Of a stretch of 64,000 nucleotides of DNA, positions 27,896 to 42,117 are shown in pieces. Numbering within the stretch: position 1 is the stretch's first letter; every line of letters starts with the position of its first letter. Under the pieces are notes generated by a model. That model was not told the origin of the DNA. It saw only the letters and a list, made by a program, of their open reading frames with translations, and did not search any database. Source of the stretch: Eledone cirrhosa (taxonomy: Eukaryota); contig OZ024742.1 in assembly GCA_964016885.1 (NCBI GenBank), positions 105,772,001 through 105,836,000 of the forward strand, read 5' to 3'. A program made the translations under genes and the position numbers.

Positions 27896-28914
27896 ATATG
27901 CTTAATATTAACGGTCACCAGAATGAGTACTCAATACCATAGGAGAGATTAATGTATTCATTAAGACCAAATTTAAGTTTTGTTACTCTGAAATTTCTCC
28001 TGTATACTCAGTTGTAAAAAACTATGCGCTATTCTATGCGGTTGTTTGGGTGATATACATAACTTCTGATGAGGGTATCAACTATGTTAGAAACTCGATT
28101 CAAGGTATCATCTATAATGTTTTCGGTTGACGGGGAAATACGTATATTTGGCATGTTTACATATCTATATAATAAAAATGTATAAATTTATATACATGTT
28201 TACGCAGTCTCGTTTACTTCTATTCTGTATATATACTTTACACACTCACATAACTTTAATCCACTCACATACACACACACGTGTGTGTGTGAACGGTCTA
28301 TTTTAACTTCTTATCCGGAGGCATCATCATTTTTTCTCTCTCAGCTTTGTTGTAACTCGCTGACAAATGACTGCTGGCTAATTGTCAATAAAAAAACCAC
28401 CGCTTGTGATGTTACTGACATCTTCCATCTCATAGAGTGTTTATTGGCCACTATCAATCAGCGCCTTATCAAGAACCTCCATCTTTGCTTGACTTGGCAG
28501 AGTGTTCTTCGCTCGCAGGGCACGTTTACAACAAACTTCTAACACATCTGCCTAGTCAATCATTACCAGTCAAAATCTCGTTGATATTTGACATCTGGAA
28601 CAACTGAATATAACAATTCTTTAAATACCGTTCACAAGCCACTCCCTACAAACTATACTTTCGCCATTTTCTCGCTTTCTTTCCGGCTCTATTCTTTTCG
28701 CATTCTTTCCAACTCTATTTATTCTTCTTGCAGCTTTTTTTCTCTCCTCCACTCCTTCTCCTCTCATTTTCCATTGTAACTTCAGGCGTGAATTGACAGG
28801 TTAATCGAAATGCACGGAGAAACCACCCAGAAAATAAACTAGGAACATTTTTTTCACTTCTTTATTATGCTTGGCGTTATTCGTTCTGACTCTGCGTTCT
28901 GAAATCAATACAAG

Positions 28915-29850
28915 GGTGGGTTGAGTTAAAATTCCACCGATGTTAGCTTTGCCTTTCACCCTTATAGGTTCGATTAAATAAATTACCAGTCACGTACTGG
29001 AGTCGATTTAATCGAATTTCACCTCCCCCAAATTGTTGCCCTTGTGCCTAAATATGAAACCATTACAAGAGTGGTAGATTGACAGCATCGTTAGACCAAA
29101 CCATTATACATGTGGTGGGTTGACAGCATCGTTAGAGCAAACCATTATATGGGCGGAGGATTGGCAGTATCGGTAGAGGGTTGGACGCCATGCTTTGACG
29201 CATAGAGTTACGGTCCTTGCCATTCTGAGTTCAAATCCCGCCGAGGTTAACTTTGCCTTTCATCCTTTCGGGGTCGATAAAATAAAGTACCAGTAATACA
29301 CTAGGTAATTGCTGGCCTTGTGCCAAATGTAGAAACAATTATATGGGTGGTAGGTTGACAGCATCGTTAGAGCGTTGGTAAAAATGCTTTGCAGTATTTG
29401 TTATAATACTTTAAGTGCTGAGTTCAAATCCCACCGTGGTCAACTTTGTCGTACATCCTTATGGGGTCGATAAAATAAAGTACCAGTAATGTACTGGGGT
29501 TTATTTAATCATCTTTTCCCCCTCCCCTTCAAATTGCTGGTGTTATGCCTAAAGTAGAAACAAATATTTTATTGATAACGGTAAGGGAATATTATTGGTT
29601 TCTAATTGAAGCACAAGGTGAGCAATATTTGAGGGTTGGGGGAAAATCAAATAAATCGACGTAAGTGTTTTATGAGGGTGATGGATTGGTAGTTTCATCC
29701 AACATTTTACATTCTGAATTGAAGTCCCACCAAGGTCAATAAAGTACCAGTCTCAGACGGTGAATAGGTAGAATCTTTAGAGCGACGGGCAAAACGCATT
29801 GCAGTATTTGTACACTCTATTTGTATTCTGAATTTAAATCCCGATGCGGT
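28915..29850 (+). mobile_element. Tandem cluster of SINE family A copies and fragments
   Basis: Repeated heads and cores; the best copy is 29151-29341. All are in the same orientation. Confidence 0.85.
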
Positions 29851-30509
29851 ATATTTGATTTAACACCATCATCTGGTTCTTGGGTACCTTTAGCGAAATC
29901 TACACTGTTACAAGCATTCGCACCAAGTCAACCGTGTTGAGAAAACCTTTGTTCTTCCCATTAGTCTAGGAAACTTTCAAACGAGTTAATTGGGTTAACG
30001 AGCAGGTCACAGACAGTGAAACGAAAATTTTGACACCATTAATCAGAGAGTAAAGCCGACAGTGTTTGTGTGTGTGTATTTTTTCAATATCTAAAATGAC
30101 GTTTGCACGCAGACAATTATTAGTTGTCTCGAATTTGTCTGTTTCAATATTGATTCTAGATTTGATACAAGACTAGAACTTTGAACGGGAAAGATATATG
30201 TCTGGTACTGTTGGCACATTATTTTATTGATCCAGGAGCGAGGGATGGCTGAGTCAGCAACGATGGGATTTGAACTGAGTACGTTAATGCACGTAACTAG
30301 ATGACAGTTTCGTAGACTTTTTCTCACTCCACAGCTGTAATGCATACATACATCGATGAGCGCGTGCGCCCCCTCGCCCCTCCAATACACAAAGCAAAGT
30401 AAAAATCAAACACGTCCTTCCAAACAACACCCTAGCCTTCCCTGCCAAACAACAACCGACCTGCTCCAACAGCAGCCCTCATATGTATGTATGTATGTAT
30501 GCATGTATG

Positions 30510-31005
30510 TTATCCCAGTACAACCTGTCCCATGGTCGGGTCGTTGGCGACTAAACTGGCAACCCCACCAAGGTTTCTTGGTGAGGAGGGTGACTTTGGA
30601 CATCCTGCAGGACTAAAAACAAAACCTGTCAAAGGGCAAAGGAGCTCAATGTATGTATGTATGTATGTATGTATGTATGTATGTATGTATGTATGTATGT
30701 ATGTATGTATGTATGTATGTCATCTTGGTTAAGAGAGTGGGACTGGCTTTGTGCAGTGCCTTTGCTCAGTATAAAAGCTTCACGGCACAGGCATTGCTTT
30801 GTATCTGGAGATCTCTCTGCACTTGTCACATGGTACCATGGGCCCAGCACTATGTGTCAATAATTGTCACAAGTGTAGTGTTTGTACCAGAGTTTTCAAG
30901 TCGCTGGCTGGACTAAAAAGTCACACTCGTTCAGCGCATCGGTAGGGGTTCTCCTACATGGATATAAAGTAGTGGCCGTACTCGAAAACGAGTTGGCAGC
31001 CACCA
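30510..31005 (+). mobile_element. Non-autonomous RTE-derived element pieces separated and flanked by (TATG)n
   Basis: 5'UTR-like piece 30510-30648; 3' piece 30721-31005 encoding the C2H2-like CSVCTRVFKSLAGLKSHTRSAH* with an (ATGT)n tail, near-identical to 41301-41587. Confidence 0.75.
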
Positions 31006-31122
31006 TGTATGTATGTATGTATGTATGTATGTATGTATGTATGTATGTATGTATGTATGTATGTATGTATGTACGTATGTATGTATACAGCCCATAAGAG
31101 TCGAAGCACATACACACACGTA

Positions 31123-31185
<63 letters not shown>

Positions 31186-31350
31186 GCATATTTATATATC
31201 TCTCTACCTATCTATCTATCTATCTATCTGTATATATATGTATACATATAGATATGTATGCATGTATATGTATGTATGTATTTATGCACATATATATATA
31301 TATGTATGTATATATACACACATACACATACATACAAATATATATATATT

Positions 31351-31384
<34 letters not shown>

Positions 31385-32864
31385 CACACACGTATGTATA
31401 TATGTCTGTCTGTGTGTAAAGGATAAACATTTAAAAACAGAGAATGGCGTGGAATAATGCTTCTTATAATTTCCATATAGGCACAAAAGACCTTTATAAT
31501 AATAGTATATAGCAGTACAATCTAATAGGAAATAGCTTTGTTCACAGTGATATTAGTACACACCTATGTATATATTAATTTCTAACATTGACACATGCAT
31601 CTTTTAGGGAAGTGGTGTAGTTGAATGACTCAACCCAATTACATGACTGGTATTTCATTTATTTCATCGAGAGAATCCCTTGGTGGAATTTGAACAAATA
31701 AAAAGATGGTTAAGTAACGTACGTAACTAACCATTTTAACGCCCTACGGTAAAAATATAGTCGCCAGGCTAAGAAGAACGCTTTGCTATTGCATGGATCT
31801 AATTTCAATCCAACTGATTGAACAGCACTTGCTGGAAGCGATCCAAGATTTGTGGGTGAATTCGTGTAGATGGGCACTGTGTGGAAGTCCGTCCGATAAA
31901 CTATATGTCATAAGTATCGATTGAACTACCATTTACCCATACCGGTCCAGGAGACCTTGTAAATGTCAACAGCACTTCTCTGTGTAACTAAGACACATAA
32001 TAAATTAATCTGTCATTCTATGGATTCTGCCGTTTCATGTGTGTTTTCAATTTATCATTATTATAAAGTAACATTCGGGGGATTGGCATTATCGGTAGAA
32101 GGTCGGACGCCATGCGTTGTAGCATAGAGTTACGCCCCTTTACGGCCTGAGTTCACATCCCGCCAAGGTTAACTTTGCTTTCATCCTTACGGGGTCGATA
32201 AAAAAAAAAAAAAAAAATATATATAATTAGTCTCTAAACATCTCAATGAGTGGAATCACTCAGAGAAGCAATATTATATATTAAATTTAATTGAGAAAAA
32301 ACTCTCTTTATGGAGGTACAAGCCAGATTGACGAAAAAAAAAATTCTATCTATACTCGCTTGTATAAAGATCTCCTTACCATGGTTTCGTTTGCGGATGA
32401 ACCTATTATTGGAAGAACCAATAATTGAAGAATCTGCAATACTCTTCACGGGAGTTTTAATTCTTCCAAAAAATAAGAGTATAATGACCAAGAAATTATA
32501 CATAATTCTTTCTGGTGGACGAGAACACACGTTGTGTAGTTGAACTATTAAATGATCAAAATACCTCTCTACCAACGCAGAGAAACTATACTAAACTTTA
32601 CCAATTGATTAAAGTGAAAGTAAAGGTCCCTTAACTGTTGATGGAGTCGTAGAGACGCCGTCTTAAACTAGAGAGTTTAAACCCTGCACAGCACATCGCT
32701 TTCTACGTCGGAATACAGCCGATTTCTTCCAGGGGAAGAAAGAAAGAAAGCGAGAGGCGGGTAGAGAGAGAGAGAGAGGGAGAGAGAAAGAGAGAGAGAG
32801 AGAGAAAGAAATAGAAGGGGGAGGGGGAGAGATAGGGAGGGTTAGAGAGAGGAAGAGATAGAAG

Positions 32865-32895
<31 letters not shown>

Positions 32896-32960
32896 GGAGA
32901 TAGGGAGAGGTAGAGAGAGGAAGAGATAGATAGAGGGAGAAAGAAAGAAAGAGAGAGAAA

Positions 32961-33002
<42 letters not shown>

Positions 33003-33029
33003 TGGGGAGAAATAGAGGAAGAAGCTATC

Positions 33030-33393
33030 CTAATACCGAACTGGTACTTTAATAACCGACTCCGAAACGATGAAAGGCAAATTGGCTTGGGAGGGATATG
33101 AACTCGGAACGTATCGAGCCGGAACAAATACCGAGGCATTTTGAATCCGACACCATAACGACTCCCTCAATTCGCCGCCTCCCCCATTGATAAGTAAGTG
33201 AATAAAATAATTATGTCTACTTTTTGGCACAAGGCCGGCAAATACCCAGTGTATTACTGGTACTTTATTTTATCGACCCCGTAAGGATGAAAGGCAAAGT
33301 TAACCTCAGCGGGATTTGAACTCAGAATGGCAAGGGCTGTAACTCTATGCGTCAAAGCATGGCGCCCGACCCTCTACCGATACTGCCAATCCA
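33030..33393 (-). mobile_element. Two SINE copies (B head, then a full A copy)
   Basis: The A copy at 33212-33394 has TSD gaataaaataat. Confidence 0.85.
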
Positions 33394-33784
33394 CGAATAA
33401 AATAATGTATAAAAATGTATCTAAAAGAGGCAAAAAATAAAGACATAAAATTTGTGAGGGTGGAATTGGAGATTAAGGCTCTTACTCCGGGTACGTAAGT
33501 AATATTGGTGTGAAATAAATGTTATTCATGTTTTGGCAGATTTATATGTTACAGTGAGTAAGATTAATTGGAATAATTTACCTCAAACTAATGGCAACTC
33601 ACGAGCTGAAAGTCAGTGATATAGTAAGGTCACTTCCTGAAGATTTAGATATACTAATTTTCATATGATGGACGCCTTATGGACCAATCCCTACATATGA
33701 ATACACTCACACACAAATATATATGTACATATATTAACCCCCCCCCCTCTCTCTCTATATATATATATATACATGCATACATAC

Positions 33785-34435
33785 ATACATACATACATAC
33801 ATACATGATGGCTGCCCCCTCGTTATCGAGTATGGCCATTGCAAGATATACCATTATTAATAATTATTAATAAATTCTATCGTGCAATGCCTATGCGTGA
33901 AGATTTTTTTTAAAGTGAGGAAAGACTGTGCACTGAGCCAATCCCACTCTCTGAGCGACAGTAGCTATAACCCGAAAAGAAGAAAGATCAACATCATCGG
34001 TAACTACTGAGCCTCATATTTTATATCGGAGTTATCCCAGTTTCCTGAGTTGCCTTCTTCTAGAAGAATGCCTTGACAAAGGCTAGGGGTCCTTCACTCC
34101 CAGTGGTTCAACCGCGCGATCGGATGTTCAGCCCAACTATTTCTATGTCCCCGCGCATATACATACACATGCACCCATGTATATACACATGTATATACAT
34201 ATATATAAATGTATACACATGTATATACATATTTACACACTTTTGGATGGCCGTTGACTCTTAGAAGTTCTTCCACCCTTTGTCAGGTTTTGTTTTTTGT
34301 CCTGTAGGGTGTCCAAACTCACCCTCCTCACCAAGTAAACTTGGTGGGGTTGCCGGTTTAGTCACCGACGACCCGACCATGCGACAGGTTGTACTGGGTT
34401 ACATGTTACCAGTAGCACTTAAGCGTGACCTGACA
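33785..34435 (-). mobile_element. Older copy of the non-autonomous RTE-derived (ATGT)n-tailed element
   Basis: Contains both the 5' block (ggcaaccccaccaag...aaaacctgacaaaggg) and the 3' end (ggccatactcgataacgag...gcagccatcatgtatg). Confidence 0.75.
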
Positions 34436-35246
34436 TTACATACATACACACATACACATATGCATATATGTAATGTTAAACAATGAAAGAATGAGAAACA
34501 AGTAGTTAATTAATTCATTGTTCTACGATCGTTTCAGAGAGCAAATTTATCGATGTACAGACTAATCGATGACAATTATGCTCCATACCACCAGTCTCAA
34601 AAACAGCACCCCCACACCCACAGATATATACATATGCCTTATACATGGCTATTACTAGTGGCCCACGTTTTCATCTCTCTTTGTTTTTTGTCTCCACGTG
34701 TCTAACTGAACATCTTCGTCATGCATTCTGAGACTTATATGCCGAACATTTAATTATTTTAGTATTTTCCTCGATGGTAATTTCACGTAAGTTCTGCTTT
34801 GCTTTCGTCCTGTAATTACCCTAAGGCAGTGTTTAACTATTTCGTTAGACACTGTGACTCCGAATAGACAAGAAGTATTGTCGGGAGAAGTCGAGACTAT
34901 GTAAATACATTTCGATACCCAATGGCCACGGAATTCTTATATCTGGTGCTAAATCTGCAATATGATCTGTGTTACACATGGCTCCTCTTTTCAATTTACA
35001 GGGAAATTCGTATTTTCTTGTATGTTTACATGCTTAGATATTAGATATGTGTATATATTTATACACGTTGGTGCAGTCTCGGTTACACACACTGTATTTA
35101 TACAAATATATCTTTAATAAATATATACAATCGTGGGTCAGGGCCCGACGGCTGAGCTCGTCGTTTATGCAGCAAAATCCAGACTCTACTATCCCAAGAA
35201 TAGAGTACTCTGCTGAATTATGGTCTTATTAGTTTAAATTGTATAA

Positions 35247-35474
<228 letters not shown>

Positions 35475-36164
35475 AAGACCTAAAGCTTCGTTAATGCTGT
35501 ACTAAAATTTGCATTTTAACTCCTAGAATTAACGATTAACTGATTAATTTAATTAGACAATTCTATTGATTGATTAATTGTCTATGTTTGTTTGATAACT
35601 TCTGGTTGAGTGCTTAATTCGGTTTGTCTAAGGGAATTTCATTCCTTTGTCTCAAATTTCGAATTCACCGCCAAAACAGGGGTTACCTCCCTTAGAGAAA
35701 ACCACGTGTCTATAGCGAAATTTACTGCTAGAACACACCCACAGAGGCTAAAGAACGCAAGACTTGTTGAAGAAGTAAATCCTTTGTTCTGTCGTCAAAG
35801 ACCATTAACTTGCAGACCCCTGCAAGCGGAATTAGTCGATCTCGGATTTACAGAAACCTAGCGTGGATGTTGTGTGTTGTATGTGATGTATATCGTATGG
35901 TATACGATATGCATTATATATTGCATTCGGTCTCCGCGCTTGGTCTAGGTCAGTCTAAAATCTTTTCCTGAGTCCAACTATTTTCGTTGCTATGGCAATG
36001 CGGCTGGACTGCCGATCGCTATATTTGATTTGCAAAGCTGTCTAAACGTATTGTTATTACTCTGGGGTACTTTTCCCCATCCGAGTGCTAAAGCTACATA
36101 CCGAATTTGCATTCGTTAGCTTGGCCGCAACCTAAAGCTTCGTTAATGCTGTACTAAAATTTGT

Positions 36165-36242
<78 letters not shown>

Positions 36243-36246
<4 letters not shown>

Positions 36247-36552
36247 AAAGTTCGTGGAAAAAGGACTGTTGGAAAAAACGGTTTAAGTTATGATGTTTAT
36301 TTTTCAACATATGCTCCAACTAGGTCAATACACTTCTGCAAGCGTTGATACCAGCCTTTAAGTCCAGCTGCATAAAACTCAGGGCCTTGCGATTTAAACC
36401 ATGCCAAAGCAGCTTTTTTTACATCTTCAACTGGAGATCCTTTTCAACCTCATCTCTTCCACTTCTAAAACAACTTATCCATTTGTAGGTTGCTGATTTC
36501 TTTGGAGCCTTGTCCCCATGAATTTGCTCATGAGCGCCAATGATTTGCGCCA
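36243..36552 (-). mobile_element. Internally deleted mariner (Hsmar2/irritans-like) relic
   Basis: Hand translation of the minus strand: N-terminal AQIIGAHEQIHGDKAPKKSATYKWI close to C-terminal VEDVKKAALAWFKSQGPEFYAAGLKGWYQRLQKCIDLVGAYVEK*; abuts (TA)n. Confidence 0.8.
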
Positions 36553-37099
36553 ACCATAATGCACCAGAGTACTCGATACTTGGGGCAGTACAGTGGGTAA
36601 TATGAAAAGATTCAGGACCCCGACGGCTGAGCTCCGGCTGTTTCGACAGCTAGATCCGAACAGTTCGGATCTAGCTCTCACAACGGTCGAAGCTCAGCCG
36701 TCGGGTTTCTGAATATTTTCATATATCTATATCTATCTATAGATATATATATATGAAATCGTGTGTCGAAACAAATATTATTATACTAGGGGAGGGTCAT
36801 ATTGTTGTAATATTGCACTGTTGGCTGGTTTTCGTTTCTGTATTTTTATATCTCCATAGTTAATTTATTTGGCAATCAATGTTTATCATTGACTGAGCAA
36901 CGGTTAAAAATACAGACATACATATATAAATAAACATATACAAAGTACAATAACAACAAACACATATAAACACACACTAGTGAACAAAGATAGAATACAA
37001 AACAAAACCACATACACTCAAACGTGAACACACACACCAAACATTATACACACGCAAACGCATGCGCAGAGACAGAGACAGAGACAGAGACGAGAATAA

Positions 37100-37146
<47 letters not shown>

Positions 37147-37252
37147 AAAAAAAAAAAAATAAAAAAAAAATGGCGTAGACATACAATACAATAGGAGGAA
37201 ACATAATAGTACCACTGATGATATTGCAGATGTGCAACGAAAGAACTTTGTT

Positions 37253-38075
<823 letters not shown>

Positions 38076-38924
38076 CCCAAATTAAGATAAATCAAATGAA
38101 TTTAATGAATTTAATCATAAAAATGTAAAAATTATCTCCCGTGATTATTCATGTTTATTTATGTTAATCAATTTCTAGTTATTATATATATATATATATA
38201 TATATATACTCACATATCTGCCTGTGTGTGTAGGTATATATGCATATAGTTATGTATGTATACAGAAATAGAAAGATAGGTAGGGAGAATATTATACAGA
38301 GTGAGCTATGGGAATGCATGGGGAGGGGATTGTAAAAGAGGGGGCTTTCCTTTGGAAACTAATCTGAATAAATAATATCTGGAAAAAAAACGATATTATT
38401 ACCTCCCTTTTATCCACATCAGTGAAAGTAATTTAAAAAAAAGGCCCCTCCTGTCATTGACTTTGCTTAACTGCTATTTTTCCGATATAATCTTTGACTC
38501 CTTTTACCTATATTTCTTTTGTGCGCATGTATGTGTGTGTATGTGTGAGTGTATTTATGTATGTGTGTCTGAGTGTGTGTGTATGTATGTCAGAGTATGT
38601 GCGTGTTTGAGTATGTGTTTGTGTATATGTGTCTGAGTGTGTGCGTTCTGATTTTATGTTCTCTTTTGTCCAATTACTTTCCTTCTCATTCTTCTCTTTG
38701 CAATTACATGTGTATGTATGTATGTATGTATGTATGTATGTATGTATGTATGTATGTATGTATGTATGTATGTATGTATGCATGTATGTATGTATCTATC
38801 TATGGATGTATGTATGGATGGATGGATGGATGGATGGATTTATGTAAGTATATATATGCACACGCAATACATAAATACACACATACGCATGAACACACAT
38901 CGAAACACGTACAGGCACACATCT

Positions 38925-38968
<44 letters not shown>

Positions 38969-39371
38969 CCTAAGATGAAATTCAACCGCACAAACACCAG
39001 CAACAGATTGACGGGAACACTCTCCCACGAGTACTGCATACACACCCTCATGCAAGAAAACATACAGCCTTACACTCATGTCACCCCACCTCTTCCTTTT
39101 GCAAGTTTTAGCTCTTTCAGTCTCTCCTCACCTCTCATTTCCATCGCGTATCTTTCCTGATGAAGGACTATTGCCCGATACGTTGAAAATACTTTTGTTT
39201 CATTTCATACAAGCGTAAAATACAAGCATGAACTTAATAATAATTTTTGTCTTGTCCGGTGTGTTTGTTTTGCATTTTTTTACCTTACATTCTCTCTCTA
39301 TTTATCTCTCGGTATATATGTATATGTTTATATATTTACACACACACACACATATTTATATATATATATAT

Positions 39372-39962
39372 CTAAGGCGGGTAAAATTCCCGAGATCCAT
39401 GGACGAGTTCTCTCCAGCGGTCTCTGTCCCTCATTATCGCTGCCATATCCTGCATCTCCAACAGACCAGTGTCTGTCCTTAGGGCACCAACATATGTTAA
39501 CCTTGGTCTTCCTCTTCTAGTGTGTCCATGTAGGGGCTCCCAAAGGAGCACTGAGTGCAATGTCAACTCTGGATGTCGGTGAGCATGTGGACTATTGCAC
39601 TGGAGAAACACCAGGACTCTGGCTTTACTATAGCACCGGCTCAGAGCAGGAGAGTTGGGGCGAAAAAGGTATCGGATGCTGAATTTGCCGACGACATAGT
39701 TTTGGTGACAAATACAGTGAAGGAGGCAGAGGATCTGATGCGGGAGGTTGAGACTGTATCGATGAGTGTGGGGCTGAGAATGAATGAGACTAAAACAAAA
39801 TATCTGGTAGAGAATGTTGAGAGGCCAGAGGGGATCACTAATGTAGGCGGGAAGCCGCTAGAATTGGTTGAGGGCTTCCTGTATTTGGGAGCAAAGATTG
39901 GGAATACGGAAGATGATGTGGTTGAGAGGAAGAGCAAGGCCTGGGCGGCGTGTCACAGCTTG
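39372..39962. mobile_element. RTE-like LINE insertion with inverted 5' segment
   Basis: 39372-39590(-) is the ORF C-terminus (HRHPEL..LLWEP..RGRPRLTY..DRDRWR); 39590-39962(+) is the RT core (EFADDIVL..NETKTK..FLYLG). TA-rich tracts on both sides. Confidence 0.85.
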
Positions 39963-40087
39963 ATATATATATATATTTATGTATGTATAAGAGATGTCAA
40001 CATGAATGGACCTGTTATTTTTATCTAAAGACATTTTTTCCAATTCCATCCCGCCCGTCCCCTCAATCTATTTTATTTCTCATTCTT

Positions 40088-40123
40088 TCTTCTGATGAAG
40101 GACTAGCGTCCGAAACGTTAAGA
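40088..40123 (+). ncRNA. Minimal type-I hammerhead ribozyme motif (Penelope-LTR type)
   Basis: tctt CTGATGA a ggac-tagc-gtcc GAAA cg TT aaga: 4-bp stem I, 4-bp stem II, palindromic AACGTT stem III. Degenerate relatives at ~39158-39185 and ~47100-47128. Confidence 0.7.
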
Positions 40124-40213
40124 CCCTCTGCCTGCTATATATTAACCTAATATATACCTTCTATATACTGTACAGATTGTGTTGTTATTTCTGTTTACCT
40201 CTTACATATATAC

Positions 40214-40246
<33 letters not shown>

Positions 40247-41092
40247 ATTTCTGTGTGTGTGTGTGTGTGTGTGTGTACCAGAAGGCATTGTACTTTGATT
40301 GAATCATTTAGTAAAGTACAGCAAGGTGACGTTCCAACAGCTTTGTTTCCCGCCGAGATTAACTTTGCCTTTCATCTTTACGGGGTCGATAAAATAAAGT
40401 ACCAGTAATGCACTGTGGGTAATTGCTGGCCTTGTGCCAAAAGTAGAAAAAAAAGTTATTAGTAGCATTTAATGTCCTATTTCTATTGTTTAAGTCATCT
40501 CAAAGAACACACATTGTTATATGTATGTACATACGTATGTACATACATATAACAATGTGTGTTCTTTGAGATGAATACGTGTGTGTTTGTTTGTGTGTGT
40601 GTGTCTGTGTGTGTGTGTGTGAACTACTGCTCAAGATTCCTAAAAAGCTCTCACCTTCGCAACTCACCGGAGAGATTACGTAATGAATTAACGAAAGAAA
40701 TGACCATTGTCAGAAACTTGAATTACTCCCAACACCTCCGCTTACTATAACTTTATTCTTTGGAACGCCGACAAAAACGCTACGTATCATATATATGTGG
40801 AAGATTCGTGAGAGTTAAAACAGACACATACAAATACACATATACACACATTCATGCACATACAGGCATATGTATACACATCAATACACAAATGGGGTGT
40901 GTATATGTGGATCGGGCTACATATAGCTATACAGCTCAGGTCTGTGTAGGAGGTGTATATTTTACAATGATCAATACCGTATAAAAAAGTGTGTAGTTGA
41001 AAAAATTATAAGTAGATATATATATGTGTGTGTGTGTGTGTGGGTGTGTGTGTGTATACATATATATATACGTATATAGATATATATGTATG

Positions 41093-41146
<54 letters not shown>

Positions 41147-41175
41147 TGTATGTATGTATGTATGTATGTATGTAT

Positions 41176-41587
41176 CACCGGGAGAGATGACCCCTTAGCC
41201 TTTGTCAAGGCAGAATTCTAAGAGAAGGAAAACTCTGATATAACACCTGCAACCCTGATGGTATCCAATGATGTTGACTTGTTCTTCTTTTTGATAAATA
41301 TCATCTTGGTTAAGAGAGTGGGACTGGCTTTGTGCAGTGCCTTTGCTCACTATAAAAGCTTCACGGCACAGGCATTGCTTTATATCTGGAGATCTCTCTG
41401 CACTTGTCGTCACATGGTACCATGGGCCCAGCACTATGTGTCAATAATTGTCACAAGTGTAGTGTTTGTACCAGAGTTTTCAAGTCGCTGGCTGGACTAA
41501 AGTCACATTCGTTCAGCGCATCGGTAGGAGTTCTCCTACAGGGATATAAAGTAGTGGCCGTACTCGAAAACGAGTTGGCAGCCACCA
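41176..41587 (+). mobile_element. Non-autonomous RTE-derived element flanked by (TATG)n
   Basis: Near-identical to 30721-31005, with extra 5' sequence matching 33960-34095(-). Confidence 0.8.
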
Positions 41588-41599
41588 TGTATGTACGTA

Positions 41600-42117
41600 T
41601 GTATGCTTCCTCCTCACCCTTTTTGAAAATTAGGATTATCACCCTCGATAGCCATTGCTTAGGTTCCTTTCCAGAGATCCAGGCCACCCAGTACACACGC
41701 AACAGCCAGCGTATACCTTCTATATTTAAGGCTTATTAACATCTCGGGCCGAATTTCATCCTCCTCAGCAGCATTGTTACATTTGAGTTCTTTAATTGCT
41801 CTTGTGAGTTTAGTCATGCACCTCATGTACATCAGATGCTGTTGTCGTTGAGATTAGGAGATCAGCAAAGTATTCTCTCTACTTCATGAGGATGCACCTC
41901 TCTGAAGAAAGGAGTACCCCAGGCACGTTCCTGATAGCAGGTATGGAGTAGGACTTCTTATTACGAAGTCGGTGGATGGTCCGCCAGAACACTTTATTTG
42001 CTGATCTGAAGTCGGATTCTAGCTTAACCCCAAAGTCCTTCCATTTCTTAACTTTAGATGCCTTTACTGTCTCTGCTGCGACGTTTCGCGCCTGCTTGTA
42101 CCGCAAGTGCGACAATT
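41600..42117 (-). mobile_element. RTE (Expander/Rex3-like) ORF relic
   Basis: RYKQARNVAAETVKASKVKKWKDFGVKLESDFRSANKVFWRTIHRLR and VAWISGKEPKQW..IILIFKKG. Confidence 0.75.

Noticed and set aside
24284-28140. Isolated CTGATGA words at ~24285 and ~28066 (also CTGACGA at ~54214) as hammerheads
   Set aside because: No correctly placed stem II, GAAA and stem I; at best decayed remnants.
32243-32575. 110-aa and 77-aa non-repetitive ORFs as a host exon
   Set aside because: No recognisable motif or convincing splice signals; lengths are compatible with chance.
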